A DNA stretch of 63,239 bases, the filler included, from Stramenopiles sp. TOSAG23-3 (lineage: Eukaryota): the NCBI GenBank assembly GCA_900128585.1. It is 11 parts of 11 records of this genome, joined end to end, with 100 filler letters (N's around TTAATTAATTAA, not from the genome) between each part and the next. Parts side by side here need not be neighbours in the genome. Positions count along the whole stretch, not along the records: positions 49,902 to 58,093 come from LT643051.1; positions 58,194 to 59,380 come from LT646299.1; positions 59,481 to 60,667 come from LT646300.1; positions 60,768 to 61,954 come from LT646301.1; positions 62,055 to 63,239 come from LT646302.1; 6 more parts are not named here. One strand, written 5' to 3'. A program made the translations under genes and the position numbers. A model generated the notes under the pieces. That model was not told the DNA's origin and ran no database searches. It saw nothing but the letters and a program-made list of their open reading frames with translations. Of this stretch, positions 52,247 to 63,239 are shown piece after piece; positions within the stretch are counted from its first letter, which is position 1, and each line of letters starts with the position of its first letter.

Positions 52247-53946
52247 ATGTATCCAATGCTTGCTGTTGAAGTAATCTGAAATGGGACCGTTCGCCTACAC
52301 TAGCATCGATGTGGTGAATCTTATTGAACACTCTGCGGTCTCGATCGGAAATTTCTAAACATTTGCATACATTTCAACAAAACATTCCTAATTTTTATAT
52401 GAACTAGGAATGGCATAATGTTCTAGGCACTTTATTACTTCTTATTTATTATTATTATTATGGTGCGGTGTCTTTTCTTGTTTGTTGTTGTTGTTGCTCT
52501 TCTTCTTTCCGCGATGGTGCAATGGTGATGATGGTGATGGTGTGTGTATGTAGTCAGACTATTGTATTTTGTTTCTTTTTTTCCGGTCGGTAGATAATAA
52601 TGCTACTACGTCTTCCTTCCTTCTCTCTCTCTCTCCTGCATACAATGCAATGCAATGCAATGCAATGCCATCCCACCATTTTTAATATTAAATAATGTTA
52701 AGTAGTAGGACTATAAAAGTACCACTCCACTGCTTTGGAAGGTTCTCAATATATATTAGTTTTGGAACTACTTTGTCTACTTATTTAACTATTATAGCTG
52801 GTACAGCTATTCTAGATCTACTTCAGAAAGAAAGACTTCTTTCACAATTTATTTACATTGCACATCATTGTCAAACCTGTAATTCGTTCGTGATGGCTTC
52901 TTCGCGCGATAGTTTATGTAACAACTTCTCCTTGCTATTTAGTCTAGTTTACCTTTTGTTGGAACACAATTTATATAATTCCGCAAATAAAAAATAACTT
53001 CTCTCTGCTATTCGGTGCAAACCCTTCAAATGAACAAGACCTTCCCGTTTCTGACAGTTTTTCTCCCTGTGCCTTTGTTACAGTCATTTTTTGGTCCCCG
53101 ATCAACCATGGCTGTTACATTTTTTTTAGAAGTGTGCTGGGCTGCTGGGCTGTTTGAAGGACGGACGCCACACATTTCGATCCCAGTTGTTTGTTCCTGT
53201 TCTTCTGTTCTTCTAGCGCCCCCCCCTTCCAACTCACCTTCCTGCAAAAGCAAAAGGGGCGCACACACCTATTATAATATGGCACTCTCCCCTACAGCTA
53301 GCTGTAAAACGATGTACGAAGTACGGATAGGATAGCGCACACCACCCTAATTTTTAACTACGTAGACGACTACAATATATTTATTTAGTCGTCTGGATAT
53401 GGAGCGTTACTTGTGCTTTGGTTGGGCCAGACGAATGCTTCATCCTCCTCATCTTATCTTAAAAATGACTTCAACAACTGCCCTCGTGTCATGCCTAACT
53501 TCGCCTAATATCATATACTGTATATATGATATATATATACTATCAATTATAAATTAAGTATACTAAAATTGTACTACAATATGAATACCGGTACCTGTAG
53601 CAAAACCGTACTTGAGCGCCATTTGGTCATTTTTGACAACATTTTCACTTTCATTCACATCACCACCACCCACAGACCCACAGACTCACCACTCTTATTA
53701 TTGAAAAAAATAATTTATTAATAATAATCTCATCGATGATCAAAAAAATGAAAATAGATATATTTCATTCTGTCTGATTGTTCTGTTCTTTTTTCTTTAA
53801 AATCATCAATTAAGCATCAATGAAATGGATTAAATACGGAGCGTGTCTTTGCCATTCTTTCTGTCCGTATTTGTTCCTTTGTTCGCACTGCGTATTTACG
53901 GTTTGTTCCTACTGCCCGTGTGTGTACAGTGAACATAGACTTTGTG

Positions 53947-56670
53947 ATGGCGGCGTTGGCAACAGGTGCTGATTCAAAGGAAGTAAGTGAGACCCTTGCC
54001 GCAGACTTGAGCCAGGCTCTGCAATTCTTAGGGGGTGAGTCGTCGGGTAGTGAAGAAGACTCTTCAGATGATGAGACGGACGACGAAGAAGTAGATTTGG
54101 ACGAGTTGGACGAGGACAAGATGGATTTGGCCGCGGACGACGTGGTCCTCCCGGAGCATGCGTGCTCGTACTGCGGCATCCATAGGACGGACAGCGTTGC
54201 GCAGTGCGCCGAGACGGGGAAATGGTTTTGCAACTCGAAGCACAACATGCAGTCGTCGTGCCTGTTCCAGCACCTAACACACTCGAAAGCGACGAGCGTC
54301 CGCATGCACGAGGACAGTTCGCTGGGGGACTCGGTGCTTGAGTGTTACAACTGCGAGAACACGAACGTGTTTACGCTCGGGTTTATCCATGCGACGAAAG
54401 ACGACGTCGTCGTTCTGCTGTGCCGGAACTGCATGGACGCAAGGGCCTTGTCGCGAAAGGAGTGGAACCTTGATGGATGGAAGGCGCTTATAGTTGAAAA
54501 GGGCTTTCTTCCGTGGCTTCTGGTGGAGCCGACGTTGAAAGAACAGTCCCGTGGGAGACGGGTGTCCGTGGACAAGATTCGGCGGCTGGAGGACATGTGG
54601 CGCACGGAGCCGGAGGCAACGATGGAAGACCTGGAGTTCAAAGAAAAGGACGCGGGGCCTCGGCCGGTGCAAGAGACCTATAACGATGCCTACGAGTACC
54701 AGAACGTGTTCGCGCCGCTGGTGAAGCTAGAAGCGGACACAGACAAAAAGATGAAGGAAGGCCAAACGCAGACGAACGTGACGGTCCAGTGGGACGTCGG
54801 CCTGTCCAACAAACGCATCGCAAAGTTCAAGTTCAAGGACATTTACGGCCACGTGCAACTGGATTTTCGCCTCAACAAAGGGGACGAGCTGAAGCTGAAG
54901 CTCAGCGCCGTGTGCAGCGGCACGGGAAAGCCGTGGGAGGCCAGGGGGCGCGTCCTGAGGCTCCACGACGACGGGGAGGTCGTGCTCGAGGTTGGCAAGG
55001 GCGACAGGCCCACCAAGGTCACCGAGGGGTTCACGGTCGAGTACGTGTGGAAGAGTGTGTCCTTTGACCGAATGCAAAGCGCGCTCCGGAGCTTCGCGGT
55101 GGAGTCGCACTCCGTCAGCGGGTACCTGTACCACCGCCTTCTCGGAAACGACAACGTGAAGGAGCCGAGAATCGGGCAGAAGGCCCCGAAAAAGTACAAG
55201 GCCCCGGGCCTGCCGAAGCTCAACCACTCCCAAGAGGCGGCGCTGCGAGAGGTCCTGACGAGGCCGCTGAGTCTCATCCAAGGCCCGCCGGGGACGGGGA
55301 AAACGGTCACGTCCGCGACGTTGGTCTTCCTGATGGTCCGCCAGAACTTGATCCAGGAGAAGCGGGACGGCGTCAAGCGTCAGATTCTGGTCGCGGCGCC
55401 CAGCAACGTGGCAGTGGACCAGCTCGTTGAGAAGCTTCACAAGGCGGGGCTGAACGTGGTGCGTTTGGCGAGCAAAGCGCGAGAAGAGGTGACCAGCAGC
55501 GTGGACTTTCTCTGCCTTCACAAAATGGTGCCGGATGCGAACCCAGAGGTGAAGAAGCTTCTGGCGCTGAGGCAAGAAGTCGGCGATTTGACGAAGAAGG
55601 ACATGTCGAAGCTGTACCGTCAGCGGCGCAGGACCGAGCTGGACATCTTGGACTTGGCCGACGTCATTTGCTGCACGTGCGTCGGGGCGGGCGACCCCCG
55701 GCTGCTGGAACGAAGCATGAAGAGGGGGCGCAAGCGTCGGCGGTTCCAGCAAGTCCTGATCGACGAGGCGACCCAGGCGTGTGAGCCGGAGATCCTTATT
55801 CCCATCGTCACAGGGGCCAAGCAGCTGGTCATGGTCGGCGACCACTGCCAGCTCCCGCCGGTGGTCATGAGCAAGGAGGCCGCGAAGGCCGGCCTTGGCA
55901 CGTCCCTGTTCGAGCGCCTGATCCTCCGTGGCGTGAAAGCCCAGCGGCTGACGGTCCAGTACCGCATGCACCCGTGCCTGTCCGAGTTCCCGTCCAACAC
56001 GTTTTACGACGGTGTCCTTCAGAATGGCGTCAGCAAGAACGCCCGGGAACTGAAGCGGGTCCGGCTGCCATTTCCGCAGAAGCGGAACCCCATGTTCTTT
56101 TACTACGTCCACGGCGTCGAGGAGGTGGGGTCGAGCGGAACGTCGTATTTGAACCGTGAGGAGGCCGTCGCGGTGGAGAAGCTGGTCTCCGGGATGATGC
56201 AGGGCGGGGTCCGGCCCGAGCAAATCGGCGTGATTACCCCGTACCATGCCCAGCGGACTTACGTTCAGAAGTACATGCTCCAATACGGTCCAATGTCGCC
56301 CGATCTGTACACTGGTATCGAAGTGGCCTCTGTCGACGCCTTTCAGGGCCGGGAGAAGGACATTATCATCCTTTCCTGCGTCCGTTCCAACGAAAAGCAA
56401 GGCATTGGATTCCTTCGAGACGCGCGGCGGCTGAACGTCGCGCTGACCCGCGCAAAGTACGGGCTGATCGTTTTGGGAAACCCCCACGTCCTGGCCAGCG
56501 ACAGCCTCCTCTGGTATGACCTCATTTTGCATTTTCGATCGAAGGAGTTGTTGGTGGAGGGTCCAATCCTGGGGTTGAAAGCAAGCCTGATGAACGTGAA
56601 CCCGCCAGCGGGGACACGGCGCAGGTTTCGCGGTGAGGACGGGTACGACGCGTACGAGGACGAGGACTAA
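53947..56670 (+). CDS. UPF1: UPF1-family SF1 RNA helicase (nonsense-mediated decay)
   Basis: CH domain HACSYCGIH...KWFCN...LECYNC, GPPGTGKT, APSNVAVD, DEATQ, GDHCQL, QYRMHP, DAFQGREKD, RRLNVALTRAK. Confidence 0.93.
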   Translation: MAALATGADSKEVSETLAADLSQALQFLGGESSGSEEDSSDDETDDEEVDLDELDEDKMDLAADDVVLPEHACSYCGIHRTDSVAQCAETGKWFCNSKHNMQSSCLFQHLTHSKATSVRMHEDSSLGDSVLECYNCENTNVFTLGFIHATKDDVVVLLCRNCMDARALSRKEWNLDGWKALIVEKGFLPWLLVEPTLKEQSRGRRVSVDKIRRLEDMWRTEPEATMEDLEFKEKDAGPRPVQETYNDAYEYQNVFAPLVKLEADTDKKMKEGQTQTNVTVQWDVGLSNKRIAKFKFKDIYGHVQLDFRLNKGDELKLKLSAVCSGTGKPWEARGRVLRLHDDGEVVLEVGKGDRPTKVTEGFTVEYVWKSVSFDRMQSALRSFAVESHSVSGYLYHRLLGNDNVKEPRIGQKAPKKYKAPGLPKLNHSQEAALREVLTRPLSLIQGPPGTGKTVTSATLVFLMVRQNLIQEKRDGVKRQILVAAPSNVAVDQLVEKLHKAGLNVVRLASKAREEVTSSVDFLCLHKMVPDANPEVKKLLALRQEVGDLTKKDMSKLYRQRRRTELDILDLADVICCTCVGAGDPRLLERSMKRGRKRRRFQQVLIDEATQACEPEILIPIVTGAKQLVMVGDHCQLPPVVMSKEAAKAGLGTSLFERLILRGVKAQRLTVQYRMHPCLSEFPSNTFYDGVLQNGVSKNARELKRVRLPFPQKRNPMFFYYVHGVEEVGSSGTSYLNREEAVAVEKLVSGMMQGGVRPEQIGVITPYHAQRTYVQKYMLQYGPMSPDLYTGIEVASVDAFQGREKDIIILSCVRSNEKQGIGFLRDARRLNVALTRAKYGLIVLGNPHVLASDSLLWYDLILHFRSKELLVEGPILGLKASLMNVNPPAGTRRRFRGEDGYDAYEDED

Positions 56671-56690
56671 AGGAAAATTCATTTTATATA

Positions 56691-56712
56691 CAAGAAAATT
56701 GGCTGTTATTTA
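56691..56712 (-). repeat. Retroelement terminal motif
   Basis: CAAGAAAATTGGCTGTTATTTA, about 20 nt after the UPF1 stop. Identical to 33528-33549. Confidence 0.65.
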
Positions 56713-57007
56713 TTTTATCTTTAAATGTAAAACAAATCCATATAAGTGTACGAACTTCTCGTGCGCACGTACGCATCTAGTTGACAGTTAATTTACGCAT
56801 TTTTATTATTTATTTTAGATTTATAAAAGAATCACTATAACTATATCATTAGTTTTTTTTTTTTATAATTTGTTTTTTAAAGAATCACGTGTTTGTAATT
56901 TATATTAAAGAAGTACGAAAAAGAAAAAAGTACGGGTGGTAGGAAGTATGGCAACTTTTTAAATGGGTGGTTTGCGTTTTGTGGCCCTGGTCTTTTGTGC
57001 GTCGGGC

Positions 57008-57325
57008 CTACGAATCGTTTGGTGGTCTTTCCCCCTCCGCGGAGGACGCGGCGGGCTTCTCGGAGCTCTTCTCATCGCCCACGCCCCCCACCCCGGCGTT
57101 GGCAAACGCTTCCAGCACACTGTTGTCGATACTCGAGGCATCCTGGACCCATTTTTCTTCTGGAGTAGAGCGCAACTGGGTAAACAAAAGCGATACCAAG
57201 TCTTCCAAAGATTCTTCCTTTTCCACGACCGGAGCAAGTGCCGGTACCGCCAGTACCGACGCCGCTTCTGATCCTTCCCCAAGTCCACCCTCCCCCGTCG
57301 CCGCGGCAACTGTCAGCTCTGCCAT
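57008..57325 (-). CDS. Small acidic hypothetical protein
   Basis: 105-aa ATG-initiated ORF occupying a GC-rich island in AT-rich DNA. The correct frame is uncertain. Confidence 0.45.
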   Translation of the reverse strand: MAELTVAAATGEGGLGEGSEAASVLAVPALAPVVEKEESLEDLVSLLFTQLRSTPEEKWVQDASSIDNSVLEAFANAGVGGVGDEKSSEKPAASSAEGERPPNDS

Positions 57326-58016
57326 TCCCGGTCTTCCGAAACGTGAATTCTTCTATAACAACGTCAATACGCTACAAAAAACACCACTCGATCCTTGAAG
57401 ACAGAATACTCGGTTATTGGTTAATAACCCTCTATCGCTACTCTCGAAGGGACAAACAACAACAAAATTAATTGCACTTTTTTCAAATCCAATTCATTAA
57501 TCCCTCTTCTTCTTCGTTTGCTAATTAATAATTACAGTAGTACCAGTATTTTGTAAGAGAACTAGAGTATGGTGGTGGTTGGTATTATTTTTGTTTTTTT
57601 TTTTTGATGTTTCAACAAAAGTGGAACAAGTAATAACCAATTTTTATTTCTTCTTTTTCTTCTTGCTTCTTCTTCTTTCTTTCTTTCTTCTTCTTCTTTC
57701 TCTCTTCCTTCTTCTTCTTCTTCTTCTTCTTCTTCTCTTCTTCAATAAAAATTAAAAATTAAAAATTAAAATATACAGCAGTAATAAGAATTTAAATTAA
57801 TAGAATTAAAATTGATGATGATGTACGATGTGATGGTTGATGATGAAGATGATGATGTTAAAGAATCCTTAATGTTTTGATTTTATTATATAATACCTTA
57901 TTATATAATAAGATAGGACTTTTTGTATTCAACTATACTATATATTTGAATTAAGTATATTCTTCTTTTCTTTTCCATGTGATTGGTCTATATTCTTAAT
58001 ATCTTCAAACCATCGA

Positions 58017-58093
58017 AAGAAAATGAAAGAAAGAAAATGAAAGAAAGAAAATGAAAGAAAGAAAATGAAAGAAAGAAAATGAAAGAAAGAAAA
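58017..58093. repeat. 14-bp tandem repeat (AAAATGAAAGAAAG)n
   Basis: About 5 copies running into the gap. Confidence 0.92.
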
Positions 58094-58268
58094 NNNNNNN
58101 NNNNNNNNNNNNNNNNNNNNNNNNNNNNNNNNNNNNNTTAATTAATTAANNNNNNNNNNNNNNNNNNNNNNNNNNNNNNNNNNNNNNNNNNNNCAATTAA
58201 AAAGTGCAACAAATGGTTGTTTATTCTTGCGTGGGCTGGTAAGTGTGAGAGTAATAATAGTTTAAGAA

Positions 58269-58901
58269 ATGACGGGAAGGCTAATTGCTGGTATTTTAGC
58301 CACTGTACTCTTCGCTGTGCGTTCGTTTGCTGAGGAATGCCCTGCTGGAAAATATGGAAACCCTGCACTAAATATCGGTTGTGAATTTTGCCCTTTAGGG
58401 AAATATACGAATCAAACGGGGCAGGCAGTTTGTTTGGACTGCCCTGCTGGTCGATACCAGCTCAGCGCGGTAAGAAAAACCTCAGGCAAATGTGAACATT
58501 ACATTGACTCCCTATCGAAATGTAATGAGGCGGCGGTGGCGTTAGGTTTAGGTGATACTTCTGCTGAGAAAGATAATCAAGACGGTGTTTTACATGACCC
58601 AAAGGGGTGCTACTATGAAGGTGGGGCTCTAAAATGGAACGAGGAAATGACAAATAATGGGAATTGTTCATCTAGTGAAGTATGTTTGTGTAGTTACAGT
58701 ATGTTTTTGCCGGTCGGTTTAACTCAATGCGATTTACCGCCGCCGAGCACCGTGCCGTTCCAACCTGTCATCACCGTGGCCGGCGACCGGCAGGCGGCTG
58801 CGTTCCCGATCCCGATCCGACTCACGGTAAAGTCTACCTCCGCGCGAGGCCGCATCTTGTCCCGCGCCTTCGACCAACCGCATGCCCTGACGAGGTTTTA
58901 A
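58269..58901 (+). CDS. Secreted Cys-rich protein with CPxGxY (GCC2/GCC3, ephrin-receptor-like) repeats
   Basis: Signal peptide, then CPAGKY, CPLGKYTNQTGQAVC, CPAGRY and PKGCYY. Confidence 0.75.
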   Translation: MTGRLIAGILATVLFAVRSFAEECPAGKYGNPALNIGCEFCPLGKYTNQTGQAVCLDCPAGRYQLSAVRKTSGKCEHYIDSLSKCNEAAVALGLGDTSAEKDNQDGVLHDPKGCYYEGGALKWNEEMTNNGNCSSSEVCLCSYSMFLPVGLTQCDLPPPSTVPFQPVITVAGDRQAAAFPIPIRLTVKSTSARGRILSRAFDQPHALTRF

Positions 58902-59793
58902 AGGAATTATTGTAAGTTTCAAATTAAAAACTTGAACTCTTTCTTTTTTTTGTTCATCAGAGGAATAATAAACCAAATTTGTATAAATATCCTGCACCAC
59001 TATTTCCATACTGGTGTGTATAGTACGAGTAATACTGTTATTAATGACTTTTTGAGACTGAGAGCTGTGAGAGCTGAGAGTGAAGACAAGATAGAATTTT
59101 ACTAAAAAGATGCCACGACGAATTCAGCAGAGAATACACCGCCCCATGCCTCATCGTCCTCCTCATTATTATTAGTTGTGCGTGCAATTAATTAAAAAAT
59201 AATTAAACTATCTTTCAATAATTGGATGGTATTTCTATGTATGTAATAATATAAAAAGTGTATTATTATTATATCAATTATTTATGATGATGATGAAGAA
59301 GAGAAGAAGGAGTATCCTTTTATTATTATTGGTATAAAGTAAACTAGTTTAATTTTAAAACTAATCAATTCTTTGTACTCNNNNNNNNNNNNNNNNNNNN
59401 NNNNNNNNNNNNNNNNNNNNNNNNTTAATTAATTAANNNNNNNNNNNNNNNNNNNNNNNNNNNNNNNNNNNNNNNNNNNNACCATTTTCGAAACAACAGT
59501 TTAATCCGGGATATTTTTCAGCTGGGTGCGCCCCCCGAGGAAGCCGCCGAGGACAAGATGACCAAGTTAGAAAAGAGAATGTACATGTCAGAAAACTCGT
59601 ACGTGAAAAAAGAACGGTCCATTGGACGGAAGAAGGACAGAAGGGACAAGCACAATGCCAAGCACCAGTTCTTGACTCACGAATGAATATTTCAGAATGA
59701 AAGGGTAACAGATGAGATTTAATACCGGGAAAAACATTTATTTTATGAATTATTTTCGGATTCAAACCATTTTATAATTCCAACTCTCGTGCT

Positions 59794-60666
59794 TTACCAC
59801 TGTTTACTGCATTCGCCATTGCTCGCAGCCAGGTCATCGAGGCGCCACATGTCCGAAGCAAGCTCTTCGTTGTGCCCTGCTGGGTGGATTCTACCACCAA
59901 ACGCGTACAGTTTGTTCTGGATGGCGACAAGCCCGGCGGCAAAATGAGGTTCGGGAGAAATTCCCTGTATTCCAACATTGCACCATCGTCCGCGCCGAGG
60001 GAAATCTTCCCACTTGAAAATCCATACGTACGGGTTGATTGCCGTCATCGAAAACCCTCCGTAGATTACCAAGAAGTTGTTGCCAATTGCTATTGCGCCT
60101 GTGAAAGCAATTTGGCCAAGTGTATCGCTGCCTTTCGTTACCGACACGTTGCGAAACATGCTCGATGCACTTTCCAAGTACATAAAACTGTCTGTAGCTG
60201 AATCGTCCACGAACCCACCTAGGACGAGCAACGTGTCGTTTAACTGCACTGCAGCTGGGCCCCCAACGCCACTCAACGATCCCAAGCCCGTGCTGATTTT
60301 TACCCAACTCGAATTGTGGGTGAAAAACCGATACGCGCTGTCGTCGTCCACTTTTGCGCCCGTTCCACCCACGACTACGAAACCGTCCGAGTACGGGACC
60401 ATTGAGTGCTGGATGAGGCTTCGTTCTGCCAGGAATGATGGAATGTTGGAGGATACTTTTGCCCACATAAGCGTCTTCAGGTTCAGCATGTGCAAGCTGT
60501 TCCCCATTTTGCCCTCCACCAGGCCACCGAACACATACATATTCCCTTGGACCACGGCCGCGCCGTGCCCACAACTGCCTTTTGGCTTGTCTCCAACAGT
60601 TTCAACCTGTTGCCATGCGTACTCAGCACTTTCCTTGAAATCCGCCATCCAGACGTCGTTATAGAA
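59794..60666 (-). CDS. Kelch-repeat protein, 5'-partial
   Basis: FYNDVW at the contig edge, then repeated GH/H...hhhhGG...W blades (YVFGG, VVVGG, LVLGG, VIYGG, YAFGG). Confidence 0.88.
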   Translation of the reverse strand, partial: FYNDVWMADFKESAEYAWQQVETVGDKPKGSCGHGAAVVQGNMYVFGGLVEGKMGNSLHMLNLKTLMWAKVSSNIPSFLAERSLIQHSMVPYSDGFVVVGGTGAKVDDDSAYRFFTHNSSWVKISTGLGSLSGVGGPAAVQLNDTLLVLGGFVDDSATDSFMYLESASSMFRNVSVTKGSDTLGQIAFTGAIAIGNNFLVIYGGFSMTAINPYVWIFKWEDFPRRGRWCNVGIQGISPEPHFAAGLVAIQNKLYAFGGRIHPAGHNEELASDMWRLDDLAASNGECSKQW

Positions 60667-60767
60667 TNNNNNNNNNNNNNNNNNNNNNNNNNNNNNNNNN
60701 NNNNNNNNNNNTTAATTAATTAANNNNNNNNNNNNNNNNNNNNNNNNNNNNNNNNNNNNNNNNNNNN

Positions 60768-60845
60768 TCTTCTCTTCTCTTCTCTTCTCTTCTCTTCTCT
60801 TCTCTTCTCTTCTCTTCTCTTCTCTTCTCTTCTCTTCTCTTCTCT
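60768..60845. repeat. (TTCTC)n microsatellite
   Basis: About 15 perfect units at the contig start. Confidence 0.95.
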
Positions 60846-61334
60846 ATTTTATTAAATCGGCCTCCTCCTTCAGATTCTTCCGTACCGTACTACAACCGTG
60901 TAAAATCTGGAACTGTCAGAAAAACTGGAAAGAAAAAAAAAGGAACCTCCTGTGGTGATGTATTTAAATTCAAATAGTGAAATAGGTACCCGACCGACCT
61001 CTGTATTCCTCATATTTTATACATCACCATACTATGATCAGTCTTTCACATCACATTTTTTATTCTTCTTCCTTTTTTTTTTTCTTTCTTTTTTTTTCTT
61101 CTTCCTCCTTCCTCCTTTCTTCCCTTCATCATCATCATTCATTCAATAATATTTGAATTACCCTCGTAAGTGTGGTGATGATTGTAACATTTTCTGCAAA
61201 GAAATAAACCTTGTTTGTTGCACTTGTTGTAAACATTGTATCAACATTGAATCGAGAATCAGGAAAGTATTTTTTGAGATAATTTTCACGCCGTTCCCAA
61301 AGAGGCATACTTTCAAAACGTACTTAAGAAGACC

Positions 61335-61954
61335 ATGCCAACCCTTCTGCTTAATGTGGAGCACCGAGGCCTGGGAATGAACTTTCCCGAACTAAGATTT
61401 CAAAGTGACAAAACGATCAAAGAAGTGAAGGCAGCTTTGTACTTGAAAACGGGGACAGAGCCAGACAATATGGAATTTTCATTGATCGAAGATGATAGCA
61501 AGGAAGAAATTTTGTTCGGAGATGAAACGAAAACATTGGAACAGTCTGGTATTGTGTCTGGAATGAGTTTTGTTATTGTTGATACTAGTGAGGCCAGCAT
61601 TAGCAACAACTTGGGCGTGGGCGTAAACGATGTTCAGAAATTTGAAGCAAAGTCTGGAGATGCTGGTTTTGCCGCTTTTCGTAAAAAGTCAAGCAAAAAA
61701 AAGAAGCCACCGGCAACAGACGACACTGAAAAAGACGAAGCAAGTACGTTTCAGATTGGCGATCGTATCAAGACGAAAGGTGGAAACTTCGCAACCGTTC
61801 GATTTATCGGGCGCATTGAACCGCTTCCAAAAGGTTTCTTTTTGGGGTGTGAACTGGATGAAGCTGTTGGAAAAAATGATGGTGAGGTAAAAGGCGTAAG
61901 ACTGTTTCAATGCGGTGAAAACAAAGGGGCTGTATTACGACCGTCTACTGCGAC
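61335..61954 (+). CDS. TBCB: Tubulin-folding cofactor B-like (Ubl plus CAP-Gly), 3'-partial
   Basis: N-terminal Ubl (TIKEVKAALYLKTGT) and CAP-Gly VRFIG...GCELDEAVGKNDGEVKGVRLFQC. Confidence 0.88.
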
Positions 61955-62055
61955 NNNNNNNNNNNNNNNNNNNNNNNNNNNNNNNNNNNNNNNNNNNNTT
62001 AATTAATTAANNNNNNNNNNNNNNNNNNNNNNNNNNNNNNNNNNNNNNNNNNNNC

Positions 62056-63096
62056 GCCACCACCACCGGGCGAATCCTGCGAAGAAGTCCAAAGCCTTCG
62101 GGAAACGCCCAGACTACTACCGTCGACCTTGCATCGCCGTTTCGGGTCAACAGAGACGGGAGCACGATGCTGTACTCGCACCGAGGACGAAGTAGTCGGA
62201 GAACCACAGACACCCCTGCCCTCCACTCGAGCACTCGGCAACCGCAACGGACGGTGTCCGCACCCACGGCCACGGACACGGTACGGACCGCGACCGCGTC
62301 GGCCCCCTTCCTTGCCTCGAAATGCGCCACCCCGTTGGAATGCCCGGAAAAGGTCCCGGACATCGGCCGAAGAGGGAGGACAGGGCAGGGACAGAGAAAT
62401 GTATACGATGCCCAGCCGGCCACGGACGAAGAAGCGAAAGACGCCAGCCTGGACGAGGCCTTCCTTCGGCATGTCGATACATGGCTCGAGGAGACGAAGG
62501 ATGGCGGGCCCAGCCCGATCAGCACGGAGAAAATGATCAGAACGCGAGGAGACGACTGGGAAGAGGACGTGGCGAACGACAACGAGAAAGAAGAACGGGG
62601 AAATTTTGGGGCGTACGAAAAGGTGTTCATCCCCCCCCCTGCACCGAGCAGTCGACGAACGCAGTTCCTCCAGTCTCCACGGAAACAACCGCACCCGTTG
62701 ACTACCGACACGTACCTGCAAGTTGTCAACAGCCCACCAAGCCCATCAAGGCAACACTCCCACGTGCAGATTCCACGGCGAGAGGCAAAGGGCAACGGCA
62801 ACCCCACGATGGCCCAGAACAGCCCAAGAAGCTTTCAAGGGAGCGTTGGGACGGCGCATACCAACACCAATACTACCAATGGAACAGCAACCATCATCCC
62901 GTACTGTCGTAGGATTCGTGCGAAAAAGAAAAAGACACAATCCATCCAACGAACCGATCGAAAGAGATTGCCACAACGAACACCTTCGATTCGTGTCTTA
63001 AAGGGAGATTTTAGAATGAGTTATGTGAAAGAAATAGTCAACGACGCAAGCAGGTTTCGGTACGAACATCGTCAACGAATTGGACTCCACGAATGA
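62056..63096 (+). CDS. Hypothetical low-complexity protein, 5'-partial
   Basis: Frame is open from the contig edge to 63096. Thr/Ser/Pro-rich, with no recognisable domain. Confidence 0.5.
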   Translation, partial: ATTTGRILRRSPKPSGNAQTTTVDLASPFRVNRDGSTMLYSHRGRSSRRTTDTPALHSSTRQPQRTVSAPTATDTVRTATASAPFLASKCATPLECPEKVPDIGRRGRTGQGQRNVYDAQPATDEEAKDASLDEAFLRHVDTWLEETKDGGPSPISTEKMIRTRGDDWEEDVANDNEKEERGNFGAYEKVFIPPPAPSSRRTQFLQSPRKQPHPLTTDTYLQVVNSPPSPSRQHSHVQIPRREAKGNGNPTMAQNSPRSFQGSVGTAHTNTNTTNGTATIIPYCRRIRAKKKKTQSIQRTDRKRLPQRTPSIRVLKGDFRMSYVKEIVNDASRFRYEHRQRIGLHE

Positions 63097-63239
63097 GAAG
63101 AAGAACGACGAAGAATGCCACAACCACCACCACTGCGCAATGCAACACATGCATGAATGAATGAAACAAATACAATACACACACCACGGTCGTCGTTCTA
63201 CTAAAAAAAGCTGAAAACCCTAAAAAAAAAAATATTATT

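Noticed and set aside
52695-53335. Short ORFs between MYB and UPF1
   Set aside because: No recognisable domain and frequent stops. Possibly decayed sequence, but unsupported.
54727-56682. 651-aa antisense ORF over UPF1, and similar shadow ORFs at 47531-48600 and 44467-46999
   Set aside because: Explained by GC-rich codon bias on the sense strand. No recognisable motifs.
58735-58900. Abrupt GC-rich switch at the end of the Cys-rich gene
   Set aside because: Could be an insertion or an amplification chimera on a short contig. There are no terminal repeats or motifs to support a call.
8239-62054. Regularly recurring TTAATTAATTAA palindrome within N runs
   Set aside because: Artificial six-frame-stop linker between contigs. 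It is not biological, and gene neighbourhoods across it are meaningless.

Overview
Eukaryotic genomic DNA, most likely from an intron-poor flagellated protist. A stramenopile-like identity is an inference from gene content. The window is not one locus. It is 11 separate contigs (seven of about 8.2 kb, four of about 1.19 kb) joined by artificial 100-bp spacers (N44-TTAATTAATTAA-N44), so adjacency across spacers means nothing. Apparently single-exon, moderate-GC genes sit in very AT-rich, microsatellite-laden intergenic DNA. Recognisable genes: ACSBG-type acyl-CoA ligase, FtsX/MacB-type permease, voltage-gated cation channel with EF-hands, PGP-repeat (STPG/SHIPPO) protein, CNBD channel, WDR49-like WD40 protein, ARMC9, CFAP221, a C2H2-ZnF/BMT5-like fusion, R2R3-MYB, UPF1, a kelch protein and TBCB. 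Two observations stand out. (1) A Roco protein (MORN-ANK-ROC-COR) carries a Nup98-type autoproteolytic domain ending in HF|T, followed directly by SAM-like and TIR domains. This is a candidate self-cleaving immune receptor that would release a SARM1-like SAM-TIR fragment. (2) A degenerate RLE-type non-LTR retrotransposon family has C-terminal extensions with SIM-like repeats and an apparently permuted Ulp1-like protease. Its 3' tail recurs on four different contigs, and outside the contig-1 cluster it always lies next to a host stop codon. All domain calls are by-eye motif recognition; no database search was run.
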